A DNA stretch of 63,947 nucleotides, filler included. It is 9 parts of 9 records of this genome, joined end to end, with 100 filler letters (N's around TTAATTAATTAA, not from the genome) between each part and the next. Parts side by side here need not be neighbours in the genome. Positions count along the whole stretch, not along the records: positions 42,307 to 48,505 come from SRR31147125_58254; positions 48,606 to 58,789 come from SRR31147125_58314; 7 more parts are not named here. One strand, written 5' to 3'. The notes under the pieces are model-generated. The model saw nothing but the letters and a program-made list of their open reading frames with translations. It searched no databases and was not told the DNA's origin. Positions 44,240-56,079 of this stretch are shown piece by piece. The position numbers were made by a program, and so were the translations under genes. Position 1 is the first letter of the stretch, and the number at the start of each line of letters is the position of its first letter.

Positions 44240-44964
44240 TTAAAGCCTGAACTGCTCCCCAAGGTAAATTTCCCTGGCAACCGGACTTTGCGCTATCGCC
44301 TCCGGGGTTCCAAATTCAAGCACCTGTCCTTCATTGAGAATGTACGCCTGATCACAGACCCCCAATGTTTCACGGACATTGTGATCGGAGATAAGAACGC
44401 CGATCCCGCGCGCCTTGAGCTGCGAGATAATCTTCTGTATGTCGATCACCGCAATCGGATCAATTCCGGCAAAGGGTTCGTCAAGCAGCAGGAATGCCGG
44501 TTCCAGAACAAGCGCCCTGGCAATCTCGACCCGACGTCGCTCTCCACCCGACAGCGCATAGCCTTTCGATGCCCGAATGTGCGCGATATTCAAATCGTCC
44601 AGCAGACCTTCCAGGCGTTTCTGCTGATCCGCGGATGACAGATTCAACGTCTCCAAAATAGCCAGAATGTTTTCCTCAACCGAAAGCTTCCGAAACACGG
44701 AGGCTTCCTGCGGAAGGTAAGAAATCCCGGCACGTGCCCTCTGATACACCGGCAGCGAGGTGATCTCTTTATCATCAAGGTAAACAGCGCCCTGATCCGG
44801 CTGAGCCAAACCCACCACCATATAAAAACTGGTTGTCTTGCCGGCCCCATTCGGACCGAGCAACCCGACGATCTGGCCCGACTCGACACTCAGGTCGACG
44901 CCTGCGACAACATCACGCCCGTCGTAGGTTTTTTCAAGCCTGTTGCTTTCAGCAGCCTGCTCAC
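44240..44964 (-). CDS. lptB: LPS export ABC ATPase; frameshift in A-run near 44932
   Basis: GTG overlapping the lptA stop; [41 protein letters not shown]. Confidence 0.95.
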
Positions 44965-45455
44965 TCTGCGCCCTTCAGTTCTTCCTGCACAATAACAGCT
45001 TTCACCCGTTGCCGGGAAGAGCTTCTGACAACACTTCTGTTTTCGCTGACATAAAAAACAATCTCATCCCCGGAGACAAGGTTCTGTCCCTGCTGGACCT
45101 GAGCGTTTCCGGTCAATGTCAAAATCTCTCCCTGTTGCTGAAAAACCGCCTTGTCCGCATGTGCGGAGCGACCCGCCTGACGAAAGACAACCTGACCGAC
45201 AGCCTCGAAACGATCAATGGTGTTACCGTCCACGAAGTAGACAGAGAGCTGATCTGCCGTGAGTTGCATATCCCCTTGGGTCGCCACGACCTGCCCTGAA
45301 AAAACCGATTTATTCTCCTGCTGCAGAATTTCAAGCTGCTGCGACACGATCTCCAGAGGCAGCGTCGTGTCAACAGCAGGAACGAAGGAATTCGCCGACA
45401 CCTCCGTCAAGCCCGCAAACAGCAGGATCAGTAGTACGAACGCATAGTGTCTCAT
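44961..45455 (-). CDS. lptA: LPS transport periplasmic protein
   Basis: Signal peptide; [21 protein letters not shown]; synteny. Confidence 0.9.
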   Translation of the reverse strand: MRHYAFVLLILLFAGLTEVSANSFVPAVDTTLPLEIVSQQLEILQQENKSVFSGQVVATQGDMQLTADQLSVYFVDGNTIDRFEAVGQVVFRQAGRSAHADKAVFQQQGEILTLTGNAQVQQGQNLVSGDEIVFYVSENRSVVRSSSRQRVKAVIVQEELKGAE

Positions 45456-46057
45456 CGGCTCTCCAGCGGTTTATCCTCAGGCTGAATCACAGCCTTGACA
45501 GCGTGATGAATTTTCAAGCGGTCCTGTACCAGATCGACCTCCATCCCGACCCCTGTCAAATCGATCCGTGGTGACTGAATACGGACTTTGCCTTCTGTGA
45601 CCAGCGTTTTCTGTGAGTCACTGTAGCGCAGAGAATCGGTCATAAAGCGTCCGCCGTTGTCCGCCGTAACAACAACCTGCCCCACAAGATCAAGCTCACG
45701 CTTTTCCTGATCAAACAGACCTGAATCGGACTGCAACGTCAGGTCGCCAAACGACTGGACGTCATAATAACTCATCCGGACGTTGTCAAGGCGGGCCAGC
45801 ATATCATCTCGAAGGTATTCAGCCTTGTCGGCATCCAGAGTCCAGCGTTTTTGGCCTTCCTCGTTGTGTGTATAGTGCAGGTCCTGCAATGCCAGATCGA
45901 TCTCTTTCGGCAACGTCTCCAGCAGAACCTCAGGGTCTTCCATGATCTGAGACCGTGCGATCACGAACGCCAGAGCCGCGACAGACAGAAGAATCGCCAC
46001 CCCCAGTACCCGTTTAACACTCAGCACGCTTGCCACCTGATATCCCTGACGGCACAC
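45452..46057 (-). CDS. lptC: LPS export protein LptC
   Basis: N-terminal TM, WTLDADKA, TGVGM; lies between kdsC and lptA. Start uncertain. Confidence 0.85.
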   Translation of the reverse strand: MCRQGYQVASVLSVKRVLGVAILLSVAALAFVIARSQIMEDPEVLLETLPKEIDLALQDLHYTHNEEGQKRWTLDADKAEYLRDDMLARLDNVRMSYYDVQSFGDLTLQSDSGLFDQEKRELDLVGQVVVTADNGGRFMTDSLRYSDSQKTLVTEGKVRIQSPRIDLTGVGMEVDLVQDRLKIHHAVKAVIQPEDKPLESR

Positions 46058-46078
46058 CCACCATCATTGGCGCAGTGA

Positions 46079-46597
46079 TCAATCCTTGAAATAGCGATCG
46101 GTCAACGCGTTCCATTGCCCGCTCGCCCGAACCAACATATCACAAATTTCCCTGACGGCGCCGCGCCCACCGGGCCGGGTCGTCACATAATCGACCAGCA
46201 GCTTCACATCATCCAGAGCATCGGCGACTGTGGCGCTGAAACCGACACGTCTGAGGACAGGGAGATCGACGACATCATCTCCGACATACGCGACCTCTTC
46301 ATCCGTCAAGCCATACGTCTCCAGGATTTCTTTGTACGGCTCGATTTTGTTCAATGCCCCCTGGTAGAGGATATCGAAGCCAAGCTCTTTGGCCCGTCTC
46401 TTAACAACCTCTGACGAGCGACCAGTTATAATCCCGATCTGAACACCGGCTCGCTTCAGCAATTTGAGGCCGTGGCCGTCTTTGACATCAAATGCCTTCA
46501 GCTCACCACCCTGATTATCGTAGATGATTCGCCCATCGGTCAGAACACCATCCACGTCAAGGAGCAGGAGCTTGATCGCTGCAAGTTTAGCGTCCAT
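46079..46597 (-). CDS. kdsC: KDO-8-phosphate phosphatase
   Basis: LDVDGVLTDG, ITGR, GDDVVD, GGRGAVRE. Confidence 0.95.
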   Translation of the reverse strand: MDAKLAAIKLLLLDVDGVLTDGRIIYDNQGGELKAFDVKDGHGLKLLKRAGVQIGIITGRSSEVVKRRAKELGFDILYQGALNKIEPYKEILETYGLTDEEVAYVGDDVVDLPVLRRVGFSATVADALDDVKLLVDYVTTRPGGRGAVREICDMLVRASGQWNALTDRYFKD

Positions 46598-47559
46598 TAT
46601 ACGACACCCGCTTTCAAGAGATCATGCAGATGAACAATGCCGACCGGAGACAGACTCTCGTCACTCTCGAAAACAAACAACGAGGTAATGGAATGGGTCT
46701 CCATAATCTTCAACGCCTTTGCGGCAAGGTTTTTACGCAGCACGCGTTTGGGAGATGTCGACATCACCTGCTGAATCGGAAGCTGCAGGCTGTCCAGCCC
46801 CTTCTCCATGACCCGCCGCAAGTCTCCATCGGTAAACACGCCGAGTAATGCACCGTCCTCATTGATCACCCCGGTCACTCCGAGTTGCTTGCTGGTGATT
46901 TCAAACAGAGCATCGCGCAGCAGCGTCTCCTGACCAACGCGAGGAATCTCCTGGTTTACGTGCATCAGATCTTCCACCCGAAGCAGAAGCTTTTTCCCCA
47001 GAGCCCCTCCCGGATGAAAGAGAGCAAAGTCCTCAGCCTTGAATCCCCGCTCATTCAGCAATGCAACGGCGAGCGCGTCCCCCATTGCCAGAGTCGCGGT
47101 CGTGCTCGCGGTCGGCGCCAAGCCCAATGGACAAGCCTCTTCCGCAACACTAACATTCAGGTGAACATCCCCCGCAATTCCCAGTGAACTCTCCGGGCGA
47201 CCCGAGACAGAAATCAGTGGTAGACCCATCCGCTTAATCACCGGCAGAATCTGACAGACCTCTTCTGTCTCCCCCGAATAGGAGATCGCGATCACAACAT
47301 CCCCTTGCGACAGCATACCAAGATCACCATGAATCCCTTCCGCCGGGTGGAGAAAGAAGGTCGGGGTTCCGGTCGACGCCATGGTCGCGGCAATCTTCTG
47401 ACAGATCAGACCCGACTTCCCCATTCCGGTCACAACCACTTTGCCCTGGCAATCAAGAATCATCTTCACGGCTTGAGAGAATGACGCGTCAATCCTCTCT
47501 TTGAGGGCAAGGACAGCGTCCGCTTCGATCTGAAGAACCTTTCGTGCGGTATCAATCAT
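46597..47559 (-). CDS. kdsD: Arabinose-5-phosphate isomerase (SIS + CBS)
   Basis: GMGKSG, HGDLG, APTASTT, HPGGALG, TDGDLRR. Confidence 0.96.
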   Translation of the reverse strand: MIDTARKVLQIEADAVLALKERIDASFSQAVKMILDCQGKVVVTGMGKSGLICQKIAATMASTGTPTFFLHPAEGIHGDLGMLSQGDVVIAISYSGETEEVCQILPVIKRMGLPLISVSGRPESSLGIAGDVHLNVSVAEEACPLGLAPTASTTATLAMGDALAVALLNERGFKAEDFALFHPGGALGKKLLLRVEDLMHVNQEIPRVGQETLLRDALFEITSKQLGVTGVINEDGALLGVFTDGDLRRVMEKGLDSLQLPIQQVMSTSPKRVLRKNLAAKALKIMETHSITSLFVFESDESLSPVGIVHLHDLLKAGVV

Positions 47560-47562
47560 CGT

Positions 47563-48392
47563 TTACGCCACCTCAGTTTTCTTGAAAACAGCATCAAACT
47601 CCAGAATTTGAGCGAGTAGTGGTTCAACCTGGGTCAGAGGCAGGGAGTTCGCACCGTCACACAGCGCTTCATCGGGGTTCTCGTGAACCTCCCAGAACAG
47701 CCCGTCGATCCCCGTCGCTGCGGCCGCACGCGATAACGCTCCAACGTACTGACGCTGCCCCGACGACGCCCCCCGGCCCCACCTGGCAGCTGAACCGAAT
47801 GCGTCGCATCGAACACGACCGGATAACCGAGCTCGCGCATAATAACCAGGGATCGCATATCTGTGACCAGATTGTTATAGCCAAACGTCGCCCCGCGCTC
47901 GGTCAGGACTATATCCTCATTTCCGGTTGAGGCAATTTTATTAATTCCGTGCTCCATGTCCCATGGCGCAAGAAACTGACCTTTTTTCAGGTTGACTGGT
48001 TTTCCCGTATTGCCGACAGCGACCAGCAGATCGGTCTGGCGGCACAGAAAAGCGGGGATCTGCAGGATATCCAGCACGTCCGCTGCAGCGCTCACCTGGC
48101 TGACATCATGAACATCCGAAATCACCGGCAGTTCAAACTCCCGCTTGACCCGTTCCAGAATTCGGAGGCCTCGCTCCATCCCCAGCCCTCTGAAGGATGT
48201 CACTGATGTTCTGTTGGCCTTGTCGTATGACGCCTTGAAAATCAGCTGGCATTGCAGCTTCTGCGTAACGTTCTTAAGCGTCTCAGCAATCCGCAGCGTC
48301 AGAGACTCATCTTCAATCGCGCAGGGGCCCGCAATCAGGGTCAGAGGCTTGCATCCTCCAAAGGTCACAGACCCGGCATTAACAGATTTCAT
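47563..48392 (-). CDS. kdsA: KDO-8-phosphate synthase; frameshift near 47765
   Basis: [41 protein letters not shown]; the shifted frame ends [16 protein letters not shown]. Confidence 0.95.
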
Positions 48393-48505
48393 CAATCTTC
48401 CTTTCCCTGCTTGAGGCAGGCACCAACAAAGGATTCGAACAGCGGGTGCGGCTCCATCGGGCGTGACTTGAATTCTGGATGAAACTGGCAACCGAGGAAC
48501 CAGGG
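48392..48505 (-). CDS. pyrG: CTP synthase C-terminal fragment
   Basis: Manual translation [31 protein letters not shown]...*; standard pyrG-kdsA order. Confidence 0.92.
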   Translation of the reverse strand, partial: PWFLGCQFHPEFKSRPMEPHPLFESFVGACLKQGKED

Positions 48506-48605
48506 NNNNNNNNNNNNNNNNNNNNNNNNNNNNNNNNNNNNNNNNNNNNTTAATTAATTAANNNNNNNNNNNNNNNNNNNNNNNNNNNNNNNNNNNNNNN
48601 NNNNN
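48506..48605. other. Artificial contig spacer
   Basis: N-run/TTAATTAATTAA/N-run. Confidence 0.97.
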
Positions 48606-48667
48606 AAAACCTGGACCGGAAGACAGAGACTGAAGAGGAGTATCATTAAAGCAATTCGATTTAGCAT
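48606..48667 (-). CDS. Possible N-terminal signal peptide of a truncated gene
   Basis: MLNRIALMILLFSLCLPVQV..., cut by the spacer; AGGA upstream. Confidence 0.4.
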
Positions 48668-48959
48668 TTCACGAGTCCTAAAAGGTTTGAAGAGTGCCTT
48701 ATCCAAAAGGGACAGCAACATAGCACAAGGGATTTCAGAAATTCTACAGCCCTGCTATTGTCTCCATTGCAACGCCGCGACACCTCACTGACCGCTCCCT
48801 GAGATGAATAATATCAGTGTGGTAGGAATAGCTGATCCCATTAGGACATCCTACAAAATACCCTCATTCCTGTCCATAGATGCCCCGTCCTCTGATGCGG
48901 CCTTCAGGTGGACAGTTTGAAACGTTTGCGCTATTGTTCGGCTTCTGGAGATCTTTGCT

Positions 48960-49903
48960 ATGCAGCTATTTTATGAAACTCTTATTATTGTCCTGCCTGT
49001 TTTCATTGTCATCGCCCTGGGAGCTTTCCTGAAGCGTGTCAAACTCTTTGACGAATCTTTTCTGTTTCAGACCAACAAGCTGGTTTACGTCGTTTTTCTT
49101 CCTGTTCTGCTGTTCTACAAAATAGGGACCGCTGACTTTGACAGCTATTTTGACGGTCCACTGGTCATCGGGGCGTCGCTTGTGATCGGGCTCGGATTCT
49201 TCATCTCTTATCTATACGGCTCTTTGCGCAAGTTCCCGGCCCCTGTTCTGGGAAGTTTCTCGCAAGGGGCATTCCGTGGGAATCTGGCCTATGTCGGCCT
49301 GGCCATCTGCCTCAATGCCTACGGCGATCAAGGATTGACGAGTGCGGGGATTCTGATGGGATTTCTGGTTCCCGTGCTTAACCTTTTTGCTATCCTCGCC
49401 CTGATTCTGCCTCAAAGCAAAAAACAACAGGACAACAGCCCCGGATGGCTCAGCCAGCTGGCCCTCAACCCTCTGATTATTGCTTCTTTCCTCGGAATTA
49501 TCTGGAGCTTCTGGGAAATTCCGATTCCCGTTATTCTGGATCGATCCTTAAGGATTATGACCGGCCTGGCTCTTCCCCTGGCACTGCTGGCGATCGGCGG
49601 GTCTTTTCACTCCAGCGGATCAGGGGGGACTTGAAGTTAGCCGGGCTGTCGAGTGCCATCAAACTCATGCTGCTTCCCCTGATGGCCTGGCTGCTCCTGA
49701 CGCTTCTCGGCGTTGAAGGACGGAACCTCGCAATCGGCATTTTGATGTCCGGGACACCGGCTGCAACTGCAACTTACATCATGGCGCATCAACTAAAGGG
49801 CGATGCCGAATTGGCGGGTTCTATCGTTATGATCTCAACCCTGGCCTCTGCTCTGACCTATACCATCATTCTTCTGCTGTTTAAAACCAGCGGGCTGTTA
49901 TAA
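48960..49903 (+). CDS. AEC (auxin efflux carrier/malate permease) family transporter; frameshift near 49607
   Basis: FRGNLAYVGL, NPLIIA, LALLAIG, P.A.ATYIMA..L.GD.ELA. Confidence 0.9.
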
Positions 49904-49909
49904 ATCATC

Positions 49910-50505
49910 ATGAGAACTGACTACCAACCATTCGATATCGGTGCGAACTTCACGATTACACCTTTTGATCCACATCAGAAAACAGCAAGAGGCTGCAATT
50001 GATCATGGAGCGCGGCGCTTTCGGATCTGGAGAGCATGAGACAACCCGCAGTTGTATTGAAATTCTGGAATCCCTCCCGCAGCAGAAAAGCCAGAAGGTG
50101 CTTGACCTTGGTAGTGGAACAGGGATTCTGTCGATAGCGACCCTGATGCTGAATCCATCGGCATCAGCTTTGTGCGTTGATATTGAACAGAACGCAGTGG
50201 AGAGTTGCGACTTCAATTGCAGACGGAATCACGTATCAGACAGAGTTACTCACCTCTGCGGTACCTTGGACGATGTTCAGGACGAGGGATTTGATCTGAC
50301 ACTGGCAAATATCTACGGCGATATTTTACTGGATGTTGCTCAGGATCTTGTCGCGAAAACCCGCGCTGGCGGCCACCTGCTCCTGTCAGGCATCCTGTGG
50401 GAATACAACTTCGATGTAAAAACAAAATACCAGCGTCTCGGCTGCGACGTGATCCGCAGCCTGCTGATGGAAGAGTTCTGCACCCTGCTGCTGCAAAAGA
50501 ACTAG
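49910..50505 (+). CDS. Short PrmA-like SAM methyltransferase; frameshift near 49970
   Basis: AFGSGEHETT, VLDLGSGTGILSI, ANI, LSGI; lacks the N-terminal L11-binding domain. Confidence 0.85.
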
Positions 50506-50666
50506 TGTCCCGTGCGGTTAATTTCTTTTGTAAATTTCGGCCCTTTTTGCCGCTACCTGCGTTGCACAAATTTGGTTTAACTATGGCTAGGCCTGCATTT
50601 GCACGCCTTGCTAGCAACAAAAATGACTCGAAATCACCTAAAAGGACTAACCACACAGGACACTAG
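50502..50666. mobile_element. 165-bp MITE-like long imperfect palindrome bounded by CTAG
   Basis: Left CTAGTGTCCCGTGCGGTTAAT versus reverse complement of the right end CTAGTGTCCTGTGTGGTTAGT (18/21); symmetry continues inward; no credible ORF. Confidence 0.65.
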
Positions 50667-50677
50667 GAGCAGACGCA

Positions 50678-52195
50678 TTAGTGACAGATCGTCCGGTTTC
50701 GACCCTGTCGCTTCGCCTGGTAAAGCGCATCATCTGCTGTTTCAAACAGCTTGTCGCGACTGGTCTGATGATCAGGATACACAGCGATGCCCAACGAAAT
50801 GGTGACTGAAACGGACTCGCCACCACAAAACAACGTCAAGTGTTCAATGTTTCGTCTGACCCGCTCAGCTATCTTATAGGCGGCTTTGCCACTCGCGCCT
50901 TCAAGCAGTAGTGCAAATTCTTCCCCCCAACGCGTGCCGCCAGATCACCTGTACGAACAACGGCAGAAAGTTGTCGTGCCACCTGCTGAATGACCTGATC
51001 ACCGAACGGATGGCCGTAGCTGTCATTGATCTTTTTGAAAAAGTCGATATCACAGAGGACAAGGCTGTAATGGCTGTTGCGTCTTGTCGCGCGCTCTGAC
51101 ATGGCCACAATCGCCCGGTCAAACGCTCTCCTGTTGGCGATACCAGTCAGGCTGTCATTCAAAGTCATGGCATTTATCTGCTCATGAGCACGCGCCAGAT
51201 CAAGCTTTACGGCCAGCTGGGCCGCGATCATTTCAATCATTTCACGGCAATGACGGGAAAATTGGTTCTTTTTCCGAGACGCCACGATAAGAACAGCTGT
51301 CACCGGCCCATCGTCGTGACTCAACGGAACAACCAGGACAGAAGGATATTCATCAAAACAGGTCAACGTTGCAACAACAGGTGCTGCCCCATTTGTCATT
51401 GAGTATTCAGGGAGCGTGCAGCGATACTTGACCACCTGACCTGTAATGGAACCGAACAGAGGATATCGGGTCCCCTTTTAGCGTTGTCAGTTCCTCACGT
51501 GATAAATATTCGAACTGGTGCTCATCAGCATCAACCGAGCTGAAAACGACCAGGTCCGCGTCTACAACATTCCTGAGGGCTTTATCTGCAGCGTTGTAAA
51601 CAGATTCCAGCCCTAATGTAGAGTTGAGAGTACGCAATCCATTGAAGACCTGTTGCATGGTCTGGCGCTCAAAATCACTATAGACCTGATCTCTGGATTG
51701 TTCGAACTCGGAACAGATCAGGGCAGCACACTGCTTGACCAGCATCTTTGCTGTTTCATCCCAGGGTTCAGAACATTCTGAAACCAGTGAGAGCAAACCG
51801 AAAGTACGGCCTTCATCATCGGTCAGGGCTTTAAATAGCGTACGGCCAACATGATCATTCCGCTTCAGATAAGGAATTTTCGGCGAACTTTGACGATAAT
51901 CGTGAAGAGCAATTTCGTCCCGCTCTTTAAAGATTCCGAGAATCCCCTCACCGGGATCAAATGGTCCTGGTAACGGATTCTTATCAGCCGACCATGAATA
52001 GGTATAAAAGTTCTGATCAAAACCTTTCCACAGCAGAGTGACAGAAGAAACAGAGAGCGCATGTCTCAACAAAACCAGCTGATAGCTCAGGTTTTTTTTC
52101 AAACTTGAGATCAGTAGAGGCGGGTTTTGTTCATCTACAATTCCATTCTTAATTTCGCAATGAAATGGCAGAAGATCATGTCTCAAGCTTTTCAT
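50678..52195 (-). CDS. GAF-like + GGDEF diguanylate cyclase; two frameshifts (near 51455 and 50923)
   Basis: DSLTGIANRR, DIDFFKKINDSYGH..GD, ARVGG(EEF); the restored tail ADDALYQAKRQGRNR ends at TAA 50678. Confidence 0.85.
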
Positions 52196-52293
52196 AAAGG
52201 TCTGGTCTTATCAAAAAAGGAGACTTTTAAAACGTTTCAACATCATGGCAAGGCAACGTCATTATAATGCACTAACTTTAACGATATGGGTAC

Positions 52294-52322
52294 AAAAAAA
52301 GGGCGGATCAAAAGATCCGCCC
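52294..52322 (-). terminator. Intrinsic terminator of the sdh/frd operon
   Basis: GGGCGGATC-tttt-GATCCGCCC followed by T7 on the minus strand. Confidence 0.9.
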
Positions 52323-52351
52323 AATGACATAATAAATCTGTTTAACACGAA

Positions 52352-53103
52352 CTATTCTGTGGCACTCGGTACCATTGATTTCAGGTATTCACGGTTCAGC
52401 TTGGCGATGAATTTGACACTGATCCCCTTCGGGCAGGCCGCTTCACACTCGTAATGGTTGGTACAGTTACCAAAACCTTCATCGAGAATCGCCTGAGTCA
52501 TAGCCTGAACCCGCTTACGTGCTTCCGGCTTGCCCTGTGGCAGTGCTGCCAGTTGAGCAACTTTGGCACTGGTATAGAGCATGGCCGAGCTGTTCGGGCA
52601 AGCGGCAATACAAGCACCGCAACCGATGCACTCAGCAGCATCCATCGCATAATCAGCAACCGGCTTAGAAATCAGCATTGCGTTACCGTCTGCAACACCA
52701 CCGGTGTGACAGGAGGTGTAACCACCTGCCTGCATGATCGCATCAAGTGATGTACGGTCAACGATCAGGTCTTTCTGAACCGGGAAAGCCTTGGCTCTCC
52801 ATGGCTCAATGAAGATTTCATCACCGTCGTTGAATTGACGCATATGCAGCTGGCAGACAGTGGTTCTCTCTTCATGACCGTGTGGACGACCGTTAATAAC
52901 CTGTGAGCACATACCACAGATCCCTTCACGGCAATCATGATCAAAAGCGATCGGATCATTGCCCGACTTGATCAGGTCATCATTCACTTCATCAAGCATC
53001 TCCAGGAATGACTGGTCCGGACTGACATTCTTGGCTTGATAAGTCTCCAACTTTCCTTTAGCTTGTGGCCCCTTCTGGCGCCATACATGCAATGTAAGGT
53101 TCA

Positions 53104-53104
<1 letters not shown>
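52352..53104 (-). CDS. sdhB: Succinate dehydrogenase/fumarate reductase Fe-S subunit
   Basis: [32 protein letters not shown]. Confidence 0.97.
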
Positions 53105-55020
<1,916 letters not shown>

Positions 55021-55030
55021 AATAAGCCCC

Positions 55031-55702
55031 CTATTTCACAATGCGAGCGAGAATAAACAAAGGAATGGCGATGTAAGCCAGACCATATACGATAGCCAAA
55101 ATCTTCGCGACTGCTGTCACTTTGTCCTGACTCGGGCCGGTACTCCATCCCAAGGTCTGAACCCAGCTCTGAATCCCATGAGAGAGATGCAGGAACAGGG
55201 CGATCATGGCAATGATGTAAATCACAGCGACAAAAACCTTCTGGAAGCTGAGAACGACCATGGAGAAAACATCCAGGTGGCCATCAACCAGTGGCAGATT
55301 GTGAGCTGAAATTTCAGGATTCGTCACTTGAACAGTGAAATGCAGCAAGTGGTAAATCAGGAAAGCCAGAAGGATCAGGCCAGTGAAAACCATCGTCTTG
55401 GCAGAGAAAGTCGTTACCAGAGACTTCTGAACGGCATATTGCTCCGGAGTGGCGGCTTTATTTTCCAGGTAAAGCTGAACACCGAAGGTAATGTGAACCG
55501 CAAACAGTCCGAGCATCACCAGACGGAAGATCCAAACCACAGGACCCAGATCATGCAGGTGTTTGGCATAGGCATTAATCGCATCGGCCCCTGCAAAAAC
55601 CGACAAGTTGCCCAGGAGATGTACAGTGATGAAGCCGACCAGCATCAGCCCTGTCACTGCCATCAGAATCTTTCTTCCCACAGTACTTGTAAACAGATTC
55701 AT
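55031..55702 (-). CDS. sdhC: Succinate dehydrogenase/fumarate reductase cytochrome b subunit
   Basis: [24 protein letters not shown] (heme His residues). Confidence 0.95.
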   Translation of the reverse strand: MNLFTSTVGRKILMAVTGLMLVGFITVHLLGNLSVFAGADAINAYAKHLHDLGPVVWIFRLVMLGLFAVHITFGVQLYLENKAATPEQYAVQKSLVTTFSAKTMVFTGLILLAFLIYHLLHFTVQVTNPEISAHNLPLVDGHLDVFSMVVLSFQKVFVAVIYIIAMIALFLHLSHGIQSWVQTLGWSTGPSQDKVTAVAKILAIVYGLAYIAIPLFILARIVK

Positions 55703-55933
55703 AGTTAAATATCCCTCGAGAATGTGAATTGATTGTCAATCAGGACCCAACTCCCAAATTCAATCACCAGTACAACGTCAACTATCCCGGTTCAGCCCAT
55801 CGCTCCTTTTTCGACTAAACCTTGCTGTCACAGCCCGGCGGACCACGCCAGGAACTGTTCCTCCTCTTCATATTGGACATCCTTTCGCCGCAAACACGAC
55901 AATTCAGCGCCAAATCACGGTAAATAACAAATC

Positions 55934-55946
55934 GTATACTGTATAC
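55934..55946. promoter_or_regulatory. Palindromic operator-like site GTATAC-W-GTATAC upstream of sdhC
   Basis: Perfect dyad of two GTATAC hexamers about 230 nt upstream of sdhC. Confidence 0.6.
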
Positions 55947-56040
55947 TAAACATTGTTATAAAATTAAACAAAAAAAACGCAGATAGGTAAAATCTAATAT
56001 TGCCAGAAGTGCAGCAGAGACGGGCTTTGCCTCGATAAAA

Positions 56041-56072
56041 ATGACCGGAAAAGTCATCGCTTTTCCGGTCAT
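56041..56072 (-). terminator. Terminator after valS
   Basis: ATGACCGGAAAAG-N6-CTTTTCCGGTCAT stem followed by a T-run on the minus strand. Confidence 0.85.
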
Positions 56073-56079
56073 CTATTGG

